Positions 49,717 through 62,459 of a stretch of DNA of 64,000 nt are shown here, in pieces. The translations under genes and the position numbers were made by a program. The stretch's first letter is position 1; every line of letters starts with the position of its first letter. Source of the DNA: Myxococcota bacterium (GTDB lineage Bacteria > Myxococcota > B64-G9); NCBI GenBank assembly GCA_022710975.1, contig JAKLGA010000011.1, positions 177,842 through 241,841 on the forward strand, written 5' to 3'. The notes under the pieces were generated by a model. It saw only the letters and a program-made list of their open reading frames with translations. It had not been told where the DNA came from and did no database searches.

Positions 49717-50151
49717 ATGGCGAAAAAGGAAAAGCCAGCCCCTGCGCGCAAGAGCACGTCCGCGAACGGCCTGACCCCGACCCAGGCCAAGGAGCTGCAC
49801 CACGAGCTCATCCTCAAGCGGAACGAGCTGAAGCGCTCCATCGCCGAGCGGCGCGAGCGCGACTCGGCCATCGACCCGAGCGAGATCATCGAAGATCTCG
49901 AGCAGGCCTCGGCCGGCCAGACCCAGGACGTGGCGCTGCGCATCCTGGACAAGGAAGTGAAGCTGCTGCGCGAGATCGAGCGCGCGCTGAAGAAGTTCGA
50001 GAGCGACGAGTACGGGCTGTGCGAGGCCACCGGGGAGCCCATCTCCTATCCGCGGCTCAAGGCGCGCCCCTGGGCGCGCTACTCGGTGACGCACAAGGAG
50101 GAGCTGGAGCGCCAGCAGCGCGAACAGTCCACCCTCCGCCCCGGTCGCTGA
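49717..50151 (+). CDS. DksA/TraR-family protein lacking the Cys4 zinc finger (DksA2-like)
   Basis: GGAGGG lies before the ATG. It has a coiled-coil region, then YGLCEATGEPISYPRLKARPWARYSVTHKE. This is the DksA C-terminal motif with only 1 of 4 Cys retained. Confidence 0.85.
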   Translation: MAKKEKPAPARKSTSANGLTPTQAKELHHELILKRNELKRSIAERRERDSAIDPSEIIEDLEQASAGQTQDVALRILDKEVKLLREIERALKKFESDEYGLCEATGEPISYPRLKARPWARYSVTHKEELERQQREQSTLRPGR

Positions 50152-50205
50152 ACCCCGCGCCCTCCCGGGCGCCTCCCCCCCAGGCCGTCCGGCAGGGCGG
50201 AAGCC

Positions 50206-52038
50206 ATGGCCAAGCCAGCCAGAGAGGTGGGCCGCGCGCGCAGGGCCCTCGTGGCCTGCGCCTGGCTGCTCGCGCTCGGCGCGCAGGCGGGCGCCTGGCC
50301 CGCCCGGGCCGGGGAACCCGGCGATGCCTCCGAGGCGGTGCTGGACGCCGAGCGCCAGGTGTTCGAGCGCGACATGATCCTGCGCGCCCTGGCCCAGGAG
50401 GGGCTGGAGCTCGACGAGGCGCCCGAGGGCAAGCTCATCGAGCGGGTCGCGCTGGTGCGCCTGCCGATCGTCGAGGCGGCCGATCCCTGGCCGGACTTCG
50501 TCAACCTGTTCCACGTCACCACCCGCGAGCACATCGTGCGGCAGGAGCTGCTGTTCGCCGAGGGCGAGCCGTACGACGCCCTGGCGGTGCAGGAGAGCGC
50601 GCGCAACCTGCGCGCCCTGCCGCTGGTCTTCTCCACGGTGCGCATCGTCACCGCGCGCGGCTCGCGGCCGGACCGGGTGGTGGTGGTCGTGGTGACCAAG
50701 GACCTGTGGAGCATCCGGCTCAACACCAACGGCAACTTCGGCGGCGGGGTGTTCAACTTCTTCTACGCCACCCCCTCGGAGCAGAACTTCCTCGGCCTGA
50801 ACCAGCAGCTCAGCCTGCACGTGGCGGTCGACCGCGAGGTGCTCACCCTGGGCGAGATCTACCGCGTGCCGCGCCTGGCGGGCACCCGGCTCGCGCTGAC
50901 CGAGGCCGCCTACCTGTACGTGAACCACCACAGCCAGGGCGTCGAGGGCGGGGCCGGGTTGCTGCGCCTGGAGCGCCCGCTCTTCTCTCGCCTGACCGAG
51001 TGGGCCTTCGTCACCGAGGCGCTGCTCGATCTCGGCATCACCCGCCACTTCCAGGGCGCGGGCTACCGCCAGCTCCGCGCCGAGCTGGACGGGACCACGT
51101 ACCTGCTGCCGGATCTGCACGCCTACGAGCGGGTCGAGGCCCGGGCGCAGGTCACCCGCTCCTTCGGCGAGCGCTGGAAGACGAACCTGAGCGCGGGCTG
51201 GCGCCTGCGCTGGCGCCGGTACGAGCTCACCCCGGGGCTCGCGCTGCTGCCCGAGGAGCTCCGCCGGGCCTACCGGGACCAGGTCATGCCGCTCGACGAG
51301 AGCTCGGGCGCGGCGGTGGTGGGGCTCACCTTCTACGAGGCGGACTACCGCCGACTGGAGAACGTGCAGACGCTCGGGCTGAGCGAGGACTTCCGCTTCG
51401 GCCCCTCGGCCTGGGCCGAGCTGGCCTGGGCCAACCCGTCCTTCGGCCTGTCCGAGCGCTCGCTGCGCCTGGGGGTCGGGGCGGGCTACTCGCTCCTGTG
51501 GGGCGGCGACATCCTGGCGCTCGAGGTCTCGGGCGGGGCGCGCTACATGCCGTCCCACGGCCTGGCCGGGGTGGAGGGCGGGCTGATCGACCGCAGCCTG
51601 GAGGCCTCGCTGGAGAACGTGAGCCCGGAGCTCTTCGGGCTGGGGCGGCTGTTCGCCCGGGTGCGTTACGCCTACACCCAGTTCAGCCGGGATCGCGCCC
51701 TGTTCTCGCTGGGCGGGGACAGCACGCTGCGCGGGTTCGCCTCGGGCTTCCGGGCCGGGCCGCGGCTGCTCAACGTGAACGTCGAGTTCCGCTCCCGGCC
51801 CTGGGTGTTCTACACGGTGCACCTGGGCTTCGTGGCCTTCTACGACGGCGGCGACGCCTACGGCTTCACCCGGGACACCGACTTCCGCTACCACCAGAGC
51901 GCGGGCGTGGGCCTGCGCGGGCTGGTGCCCCAGTTCGACCGGGTGGTGTTCCGCCTGGACATGGGCATCCCGCTCGGGGCCGACTTCCACACCCGCGCCC
52001 TGGAGTGGTTCACCCTGTCGGTGGGGCAGGCCTTCTGA
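50206..52038 (+). CDS. Omp85/BamA-superfamily outer-membrane barrel protein, short form (610 aa)
   Basis: Signal peptide (...LLALGAQAGA). It has a POTRA-like segment (IERVALVRL...HVTTREHIVRQELLFAEGEPYDALAVQESARNLRALPLFS.VRIV). The surface-antigen-type barrel ends ...FTLSVGQAF. Confidence 0.82.
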   Translation: MAKPAREVGRARRALVACAWLLALGAQAGAWPARAGEPGDASEAVLDAERQVFERDMILRALAQEGLELDEAPEGKLIERVALVRLPIVEAADPWPDFVNLFHVTTREHIVRQELLFAEGEPYDALAVQESARNLRALPLVFSTVRIVTARGSRPDRVVVVVVTKDLWSIRLNTNGNFGGGVFNFFYATPSEQNFLGLNQQLSLHVAVDREVLTLGEIYRVPRLAGTRLALTEAAYLYVNHHSQGVEGGAGLLRLERPLFSRLTEWAFVTEALLDLGITRHFQGAGYRQLRAELDGTTYLLPDLHAYERVEARAQVTRSFGERWKTNLSAGWRLRWRRYELTPGLALLPEELRRAYRDQVMPLDESSGAAVVGLTFYEADYRRLENVQTLGLSEDFRFGPSAWAELAWANPSFGLSERSLRLGVGAGYSLLWGGDILALEVSGGARYMPSHGLAGVEGGLIDRSLEASLENVSPELFGLGRLFARVRYAYTQFSRDRALFSLGGDSTLRGFASGFRAGPRLLNVNVEFRSRPWVFYTVHLGFVAFYDGGDAYGFTRDTDFRYHQSAGVGLRGLVPQFDRVVFRLDMGIPLGADFHTRALEWFTLSVGQAF

Positions 52039-52141
52039 TCGAGTCCTCCCTCACCCCGGGTGAGGGGTGGGAGGTTCCGGTCGAGCCCTGGACGGGATTT
52101 CCGGCTCGGTTTAGGCTACCGGTGAACCCGGAGGTGAAGCC

Positions 52142-55780
<3,639 letters not shown>

Positions 55781-55792
55781 GGGAGGCCGGCC

Positions 55793-58700
55793 ATGCTGAA
55801 GCGAACGCCTGTCTCCCTGCTGACCGGCCTGCTGCTCGCGGGGCTGTGCGCCCTGGGCTGCGGGCGCGACTGGCTGGCCGGACCGGCCGGCGCGTGCGTG
55901 TTCGATCGCGACTGCCGCGAGGGGCTTCACTGCGTGGACGGGCGCTGCCTGGAGCTCGAGCTGTACGAGCCCGAGGACGGCGGCGCGCGCCTGCGCGGCT
56001 TCGGCGAGCCTTGCCGGGCGAACGAGGAGTGCGAGAGCACCTACTGCCTGCCCCACCCGCGGGGCGCCTTCTGCACCCGGCTGTGCGGCCAGGGCTGCCC
56101 GGAGGGCTGGACCTGCCAGCAGGTGGCCGATCCGCACGGCGGCCCGGACCCGGTGGGGCTGTGCGCCGTGGTGGTCAGCGCCCTGTGCGCGGGCTGCCAG
56201 GACGACCGGTCCTGCAACCCCACCGGAGCCGACCGCTGCCTGGAGATTCCCGCGGGCGGCGGGGCCACCTTCTGCGCCGGGGACTGCACCTACGCGGCCT
56301 GCCCCGCGGGCTACGCCTGCCAGGCGCTCGCGCTGCCCGACGGCCCGGCCCGCCAGTGCCTGCCCGAGCGCGACACCTGCAGCTGCGGCCCGGACAACGC
56401 GGGCCAGGTGCGCGGCTGCGCGCGCGAGAACGCCTTCGGGGTGTGCGGCGGGTTCGAGACCTGCCTGGGGGCCGAGGGCTGGGGCGCCTGCGCGGCGCCG
56501 GAGCCCGCGCCCGAGGAGTGCAACGGGCTGGACGACGACTGCGACGGGTTCTTCGACGAGGAGCTGGTGGGCAGGGCCTGCCGCGCCGAGAACGAGCACG
56601 GGGCCTGCGACGGCGAGGAGGTCTGCCGGGGCGAGGAGGGCTGGAGCTGCGGCGCGCCCGTGCCCGCGCCCGAGGCCTGCAACGGGCTGGACGACGAGTG
56701 CGACGGCCAGATCGACGAGGACTTCCGCGACGCCGCCGGGCGCTACGTGCACGTGGAGCACTGCGGGGCCTGCGACGCGGACTGCCTGGCGCTCGTGCCG
56801 CACGCCACCCGCGCCGAGTGCCGGCTCGAGGACGGCGCGCCGGGCTGCCGGGCGCTCGAGTGCGAGCCGGGCTACTTCCCCTACGCCGACGGGCGGGTAT
56901 GCATGCGCCTGCCCGACAACCTGTGCCAGCCGTGCTCCGCGGACGAAGACTGCCTGGCGCCCGGCAGCCGCTGCGTGGCGGATGGCCCGGAGCAGTTCTG
57001 CGGCCGCGACTGCGGCCCGGACTCGCCCTACGGCGCCGGCTGCCCGGGCGGCTACGCCTGCCTGGCCTACCTGGACGGCACCCAGTGCTGGCCGGAGAGC
57101 GGCACCTGCCTGTGCACGGCCGCGACCGCCGGTCTGGTGCGCTCCTGCCTGGTGGAGACCTGCGCCGGCTACCAGGTGTGCGCCGAGGAGGCGGGCGCGT
57201 GGGCCTGGACCCCGTGCAACGCCGAGGACTACAACGTCGAGATCTGCGACGGCCTGGACAACAACTGCAACCACCTGGTGGACGAGGGCTTCCTCAACCC
57301 CGTCACCGGGCGCTACGACACCCCGGCGCACTGCGGCTTCTGCTTCAACGACTGCAGCCACTACTGGAGCCTGGAGCTGCACCACGTCGAGGGCGTGTGC
57401 GACGCCGCGGCCGAGCCGCCGGTGTGCGCCATGGGGCCCTGCCAGGTGGAGGTGGTGGGCGGGGAGCGCTTCGAGTGGGTGGACGTGAACGGCGACCCGG
57501 ACGACGGCTGCGAGTGCCGCCGGCGGCTGGGCAACACCGGCGTCGATCCACCCGATCTGCTCGAGCTGCCCGAGCCCGGGCTCACCTACGTGGACGAGAA
57601 CTGCGACGGCGTGGACGGGGTGGCGGCCCGCGCGCTGTTCGTGCGCGCCGGGGCGGTGGGCGGCGACGGCAGCCAGGCGCGGCCCTACGGCTCGCTCGGC
57701 CAGGCGCTGGCCGCCTGGCCGGCCGCCGGCAAGGACGCGCTGCTGGTGGCCGAGGGGCGCTACGACGAGGACCTGACGCTCCCCGCGGGCGTCGAGCTCC
57801 ACGGCGGCTACGCGCTCGACTTCCTGAGCCGCGACGTGGTCCAGCACGCCTCCATCCTGACCGGCCTGTCGGCCGAGGCAGCGCTCACCGCCCGCGGCGT
57901 GCGGGTGCCGAGCGTCGTCTCCGGCCTGGTGCTGCGCGGCCGCGCGGCGCCGGGCGCCTCGGCCGCCGATCAGGACGGCGGCAGCTCGCTGGTCCTGCGG
58001 CTGGAGGACTGCGACGCCAACCTGGTCCTGCGCTCCAACGTGATCGAGGCGGGCCGCGGCGGCGACGGCGGCCGGGGGCACAGCGGCGGGGCCGGCTGGG
58101 GGCGCCAGTCGAGCGAAGAGGTGGACGGGCTGGCGGGCATCGAGGGCATCCGCTCGTTCGGCGCCTGTTACGGCGCGGGCCGGCAGGGCGGGCGCGCCGG
58201 CGGGAACTCCCGCTGCGCCGAGGCCGCCGGCCGGCGGGGCGGCGGCACGAGCTGCCCGGACTTCGACTGGGGCTCCGAGCCGGTGCGCGGCGCCCAGGCC
58301 GAGTTCGCCAGCGACGTCGCCGGCGACGGGCTGGGCGGCTACGACTGGAGCTTCGACTGGATGAGCGGGGCGAGCTGCTCGCACGCCACCGAGTCCGGCT
58401 ACCCGAGCGACATCCAGCTCAACGTGGGGCAGGACGGGCTGGACGGGCGGGACGGCGACGGTGGCCTGGGCGGCCGGGGCGCCAGCGGGGCCGCGGGCTC
58501 CCTGCGCGCGGGCCTGTGGGTGCCCTCCCCGGACCGCGGGGCGGCGGCCGGCGCGACCGGGCTGGCGGGCACGGGCGGGGGCGGCGGCGGGGGTGGCGGC
58601 GGCACGGCCTACGAGTCGAGCGGCGGCTGCCAGGAGCACGAGGTCGGGCCCTCGGGCGGGGGTGGCGGCGCGGGCGGCTGCGGCGCCGAGGGCGGCGCGG

Positions 58701-59230
58701 CCGGGCGCGCGGGCGGGGCCTCGCTGGGGGTGCTGGTGGTGCGCACCGCGGCCGGGCCGGCCGGCGGCCCCGCGCTGCTCTTCAACAGCCTCCGGCGCGG
58801 CACCGGCGGCCGGGGCGGGGACGGCGGCTTCGGCGGCCAGGGCGGGCTGGGGGGGCTGGGCGGCTTCGGCGGCGGCCCCCCGCCGGGCTCCTGGCTGTCC
58901 TCGCTGGCCGGCAAGGGCGGTGACGGCGGCAACGGCGGCCCGGGCGGGGGCGGGGGCGGCGGCCCGGGCGGGCCGTCCTTCGATCTCGTGTGCCTGGACG
59001 TGGACCCGGCCGCCTACCTCGGCCAGAACGTGTTCGAGCTGCCGGCCGATTCATCCACCGGGGGCGCGGCGGGCGACGGCGGGGCCTCGGTCGGGCCCGG
59101 CGCCACCGGCGCGCCCGGCGTCGCCGGCGCCTACGGCCTGAGCCTGCACCTGCGCTCGTGCGCGGGCGGCGCGGCCTGCCCGGCCGGCACCCGCTGCGAC
59201 GCCAACCAGATCTGCGTGCCGGATCCCTAG
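55793..59230 (+). CDS. Giant Cys-rich / beta-helix / Gly-rich lipoprotein, paralog 2 (1145 aa)
   Basis: GGGAGG lies before the ATG, which is 12 nt after the paralog-1 stop. ...LCALGC is a lipobox. It has the same motif order as paralog 1 (CNGLDDDCDG, CNGLDDECDG, CDGLDNNCNH, DENCDGVDG, RPYGSLGQAL...AEGRYDEDLTLPAGVELHGGY, Gly-rich tail). Confidence 0.85.
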   Translation: MLKRTPVSLLTGLLLAGLCALGCGRDWLAGPAGACVFDRDCREGLHCVDGRCLELELYEPEDGGARLRGFGEPCRANEECESTYCLPHPRGAFCTRLCGQGCPEGWTCQQVADPHGGPDPVGLCAVVVSALCAGCQDDRSCNPTGADRCLEIPAGGGATFCAGDCTYAACPAGYACQALALPDGPARQCLPERDTCSCGPDNAGQVRGCARENAFGVCGGFETCLGAEGWGACAAPEPAPEECNGLDDDCDGFFDEELVGRACRAENEHGACDGEEVCRGEEGWSCGAPVPAPEACNGLDDECDGQIDEDFRDAAGRYVHVEHCGACDADCLALVPHATRAECRLEDGAPGCRALECEPGYFPYADGRVCMRLPDNLCQPCSADEDCLAPGSRCVADGPEQFCGRDCGPDSPYGAGCPGGYACLAYLDGTQCWPESGTCLCTAATAGLVRSCLVETCAGYQVCAEEAGAWAWTPCNAEDYNVEICDGLDNNCNHLVDEGFLNPVTGRYDTPAHCGFCFNDCSHYWSLELHHVEGVCDAAAEPPVCAMGPCQVEVVGGERFEWVDVNGDPDDGCECRRRLGNTGVDPPDLLELPEPGLTYVDENCDGVDGVAARALFVRAGAVGGDGSQARPYGSLGQALAAWPAAGKDALLVAEGRYDEDLTLPAGVELHGGYALDFLSRDVVQHASILTGLSAEAALTARGVRVPSVVSGLVLRGRAAPGASAADQDGGSSLVLRLEDCDANLVLRSNVIEAGRGGDGGRGHSGGAGWGRQSSEEVDGLAGIEGIRSFGACYGAGRQGGRAGGNSRCAEAAGRRGGGTSCPDFDWGSEPVRGAQAEFASDVAGDGLGGYDWSFDWMSGASCSHATESGYPSDIQLNVGQDGLDGRDGDGGLGGRGASGAAGSLRAGLWVPSPDRGAAAGATGLAGTGGGGGGGGGGTAYESSGGCQEHEVGPSGGGGGAGGCGAEGGAAGRAGGASLGVLVVRTAAGPAGGPALLFNSLRRGTGGRGGDGGFGGQGGLGGLGGFGGGPPPGSWLSSLAGKGGDGGNGGPGGGGGGGPGGPSFDLVCLDVDPAAYLGQNVFELPADSSTGGAAGDGGASVGPGATGAPGVAGAYGLSLHLRSCAGGAACPAGTRCDANQICVPDP

Positions 59231-59231
59231 C

Positions 59232-60674
59232 CTACCTGATCCTGCCGGCGGCGCGCAGGCGCTCGAGCACCTGCTGGGCCTCGCCGCTGCCGTCGCCCTC
59301 CCGTCCGGCGATCTCCTCCAGTTTCCGGGTGAGCTGCGGGGTCAGGTGCTCGCGCAGCGCCCGGTCGAGCGACTGGCGGGCGAAGCCCGGGTCCTCGAGG
59401 GCGCTGGCCAGGTGGTCCACGGCCCGACGGTCGCCCAGGCGGATGAGCGCCACGGTGGCCGCGCCGCGCGCGCGCGGGCAGCGTCGGGCCAGCGCCGCGG
59501 CGGTCTCGGCCGCCTCCGTGGTGCCCACGAAGCCCAGCAGCTCGATGCGATCCTGGTCGCCGAAGTCGCCCCGGCAGAACGCGGCCTGGTCGATCACCTG
59601 CCAGGCCTGGGCCTGGCCCTGGCGGGCGGCGGCCTCCAGGTACTCCTCCTGGGCGAAGGGATCCTCGGCGTTGTAGGTCACCAGGTGCGCGCACCGGCCG
59701 CCGGCGTTCACCAGGCGGGCGGCCTGCTGGTTGCGCTCGTCCGCGGGGAAGAACACCACGTCCCGCTCGGCCCGCTGCAGGGCCTCCTGGCGATCGCGCG
59801 GGTCGAGCGTCAGCTCCTCGACGAAGGGCATGATCAGCCCGGGCAGGTAGCGCTCCTGGCGCCTGGCCGCGTCGTACAGCTCGAAGGCGCAGCGCGGGCT
59901 GAGCAGCACCCGCACCCCGTCGGGCATGTGGATCAGGATGCTGAGCTCGTTGCTCGAGCGCTGCCAGCCGTTGGCGCTCACCTTGCCGGCGATCAGCCCG
60001 TCCAGCACCGGCCCCATGCTGAAGCCGGCCTCCTCGCAGCGGGTGGGCGGCAGCATCTCCTCGCGCTTGGCCCGGGTCCGCAGCGAGGCCCTGGTGAGCG
60101 CCAGGATGAGCTGCTCGTCGCCCCGGGCCTGGAGGCTGGCGCAGGGCACCACGCCGCGGGCGAACTCCACCACGCTGGTGTCCTGTTCGGCCTGCAGCCC
60201 CTCCAGGGCGGGCACCAGGCGCTCCGGGGCCGACACCAGGCCGAGCAGCCCGAGCTTGCGCTCGAAGACCACGGGCGACCCGAGCAGCCCGGCGGCCAGC
60301 TCGGGGTCCTGGAGCATCAGCTCGGCCAGCACCTTGGCCGCGGCGTGGGCCGAGGCCATGGGGGAGCTGGGGTAGGACCAGGTCGGCCCGCCGCCGAAGG
60401 ACAGCATGGGGCAGTGGAGCTCTCGGGCCAGGTTGGGCAGGGCCGCCTCGCCCAGCATGCGGGTGGCGAGCAGCGTCACCTGGAAGCCCGCCGGGCCGGC
60501 CTCGAGCAGCCGCTGCCGCGCCGCGGCGCGGGACGGCTCGTCCGGGTGGCCCAGGGCGAGGACGGCCTCCCACAGCTCGTCGGCCCCGGCCCGGGCGGGC
60601 AGAGGCCCCGCCAGGAAGGCGAACAGGAGGACAGACATCGCCCCGGCCCGCACGGGTGGATGCGCGGTTTTCAT
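59232..60674 (-). CDS. Secreted HEAT-repeat-like protein of unknown function (480 aa)
   Basis: N-terminal signal peptide (...LLFAFLAGPLPARAGA). It has helical repeats, including a PBS-lyase/HEAT-like ...ALIRLGDRRAVDHLASALEDP.... The start codon choice (60674 or 60638) is uncertain. Confidence 0.68.
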   Translation of the reverse strand: MKTAHPPVRAGAMSVLLFAFLAGPLPARAGADELWEAVLALGHPDEPSRAAARQRLLEAGPAGFQVTLLATRMLGEAALPNLARELHCPMLSFGGGPTWSYPSSPMASAHAAAKVLAELMLQDPELAAGLLGSPVVFERKLGLLGLVSAPERLVPALEGLQAEQDTSVVEFARGVVPCASLQARGDEQLILALTRASLRTRAKREEMLPPTRCEEAGFSMGPVLDGLIAGKVSANGWQRSSNELSILIHMPDGVRVLLSPRCAFELYDAARRQERYLPGLIMPFVEELTLDPRDRQEALQRAERDVVFFPADERNQQAARLVNAGGRCAHLVTYNAEDPFAQEEYLEAAARQGQAQAWQVIDQAAFCRGDFGDQDRIELLGFVGTTEAAETAAALARRCPRARGAATVALIRLGDRRAVDHLASALEDPGFARQSLDRALREHLTPQLTRKLEEIAGREGDGSGEAQQVLERLRAAGRIR

Positions 60675-60768
60675 GGTCCCAGGATACCGGAGGGCGCCCC
60701 CGGGGTTCCATCCGCCATCCGCCGGACCCCGCCATCCGCCGGTCTCCGGCCTCCAGCCGCCGGGCTGT

Positions 60769-62400
60769 CTACGCCTGCTTGTTGAAACCGTAGGAGAAGT
60801 CGGTCGGGGGCAGGAAGTTCTCCTTGATGGTGCGCACCGACACCCAGCGCTGCAGGTTCAGCGGGCTGCCGGACTTGTCGTTAGTGCCGGAGGCCCGCCC
60901 GCCGCCGAAGGGTTGCTGGCCCACCACGGCCCCGGTGGGCTTGTCGTTCACGTAGAAGTTACCGGCCGCCTCCGCCAGGCGGTCGCAGGCCAGCGCGATC
61001 GCGCGCCGGTCGGTGGCGAAGAAGGAGCCGGTCAGCGCGTAGGGCGAGGTCTGGTCGCACAGCTCGAGCGTCGCCTCGAACTCGCGATCCGGGTACACGA
61101 ACACGCTCAGCACCGGGCCGAAGATCTCCTCGCGCATGACCCGCGCGCGCGGATCGTCGACGCGCAGCACGGTGGGCTCGATGAAGTAGCCCGGCTCGTC
61201 CCGGCTGCCGCCCCCGGCGACCAGCTCCGTCCCGGGCGTGGCCCGCGCCTCGGCGATCGCCGCGCGGATGCGCTCGAAGGCGCGCCGGTCGATCACCGCG
61301 TTCATGAAGTTGGAGAAGTCGCGCGGATCGCCCAGGCGGACGCGCGCGAGCTGGGCCAGCATGGCCTCCCGCAGCTCGGGCCACAGGCTCTCGGGCAGGT
61401 AGGCCCGCGAGGCGGCCGAGCACTTCTGACCCTGGTACTCGAAGGCCCCCCGGGTGAGCGCGGTCACGGCCTCGTCCAGGTGGGCGCTGGGGTGCACGAA
61501 CACGAAGTCCTTGCCGCCGGTCTCGCCCACCAGGCGCGGGTAGCGGCGGTAACGCCCGAGCTGCCCGGCGATGGCCTGCCACAGGTGGTTGAACACCTCG
61601 GTGGAGCCGGTGAAGTGCAGCCCCGCCAGCTCGGGGTGGGGCAGCACCACCTCGCCGAGCTCCGCGGCCGGCGCGGGCACGAGGTTGATGACCCCCTCGG
61701 GCAGGCCGGCCTGGTGCAGCAGCTCCATGATGAAGTGGGCCGGGTAGACCGCGCTGGCGGCGGGCTTCCACACGACCGTGTTGCCCATGAGCGCCGGGGC
61801 GGTGGGCAGGTTGGCGGCGATCGAGGTGAAGTTGAACGGGGTCACCGCCAGCACGAACCCCCCCAGGGGGCGGAGCTCGACCCGGTTCCACACCCCGGGG
61901 GCGCTCTCGGGCTGCAGCTCCATGAGCTGGCGGGCGAAGTGCACGTTGAAGCGCAGGTAGTCCACCAGCTCGCAGGCCGCGTCGATCTCGGCCTGGTGCG
62001 CGCTCTTGGACAGGGCCAGCATGCTGGCCGCGTTCAGCGTGTCGCGCAGGGGACCGGCCAGCAGCTCGGCGGCCTTGAGGAAGACGGCCGCGCGGTGCTC
62101 GAAGGGCATGCGGGCCCACTCGTGCCCGGCCCCCAGGGCCGCGGCCACGGCCCACTCGAGCTCGGTCCGCCCGGCCAGGTGGGCGAGCCCCAGCCGGTGG
62201 GCGTGCTCGTGCGGGCAGGTGAGCGCGGCGGTGCGGGAGGTGCGCACCCTCCGGCCGCCGATGATCGGCAACACCTCCAGCTCGGTGCGGTACAGCTCCT
62301 CCAGGCGGTTCTTGAGGTGCGTGCGCTCCAGGCTGTCGGGCGCGTACTCGCGCACCGGCTCGTTGCGCGGCGGTGGGGTGCGGTAGATGCCCGTGGCCAT
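60769..62400 (-). CDS. pruA: L-glutamate gamma-semialdehyde (1-pyrroline-5-carboxylate) dehydrogenase
   Basis: GGGAGGGAG lies before the ATG at 62400. FNFTSIA, VVWKPA, GETGGKDF, FEYQGQKCSAASR and EEIFGPVL are the PruA/RocA-type ALDH signature. Confidence 0.92.
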   Translation of the reverse strand: MATGIYRTPPPRNEPVREYAPDSLERTHLKNRLEELYRTELEVLPIIGGRRVRTSRTAALTCPHEHAHRLGLAHLAGRTELEWAVAAALGAGHEWARMPFEHRAAVFLKAAELLAGPLRDTLNAASMLALSKSAHQAEIDAACELVDYLRFNVHFARQLMELQPESAPGVWNRVELRPLGGFVLAVTPFNFTSIAANLPTAPALMGNTVVWKPAASAVYPAHFIMELLHQAGLPEGVINLVPAPAAELGEVVLPHPELAGLHFTGSTEVFNHLWQAIAGQLGRYRRYPRLVGETGGKDFVFVHPSAHLDEAVTALTRGAFEYQGQKCSAASRAYLPESLWPELREAMLAQLARVRLGDPRDFSNFMNAVIDRRAFERIRAAIAEARATPGTELVAGGGSRDEPGYFIEPTVLRVDDPRARVMREEIFGPVLSVFVYPDREFEATLELCDQTSPYALTGSFFATDRRAIALACDRLAEAAGNFYVNDKPTGAVVGQQPFGGGRASGTNDKSGSPLNLQRWVSVRTIKENFLPPTDFSYGFNKQA

Positions 62401-62459
62401 GGCTCCCTCCCTGTGGGCGTGGTCGCTGGCCTCCAGCGAGAGCTTACCTCGGTCGCCGC

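Noticed and set aside
52050-52064. Palindrome CTCACCCCGGGTGAG after the Omp85 gene, considered as a terminator.
   Set aside because: It is a perfect palindrome with a single central base. A real RNA hairpin would retain only about 5 bp, and there is no U-tract. It is therefore not good evidence that Omp85 and the downstream lipoprotein genes are transcriptionally separated.
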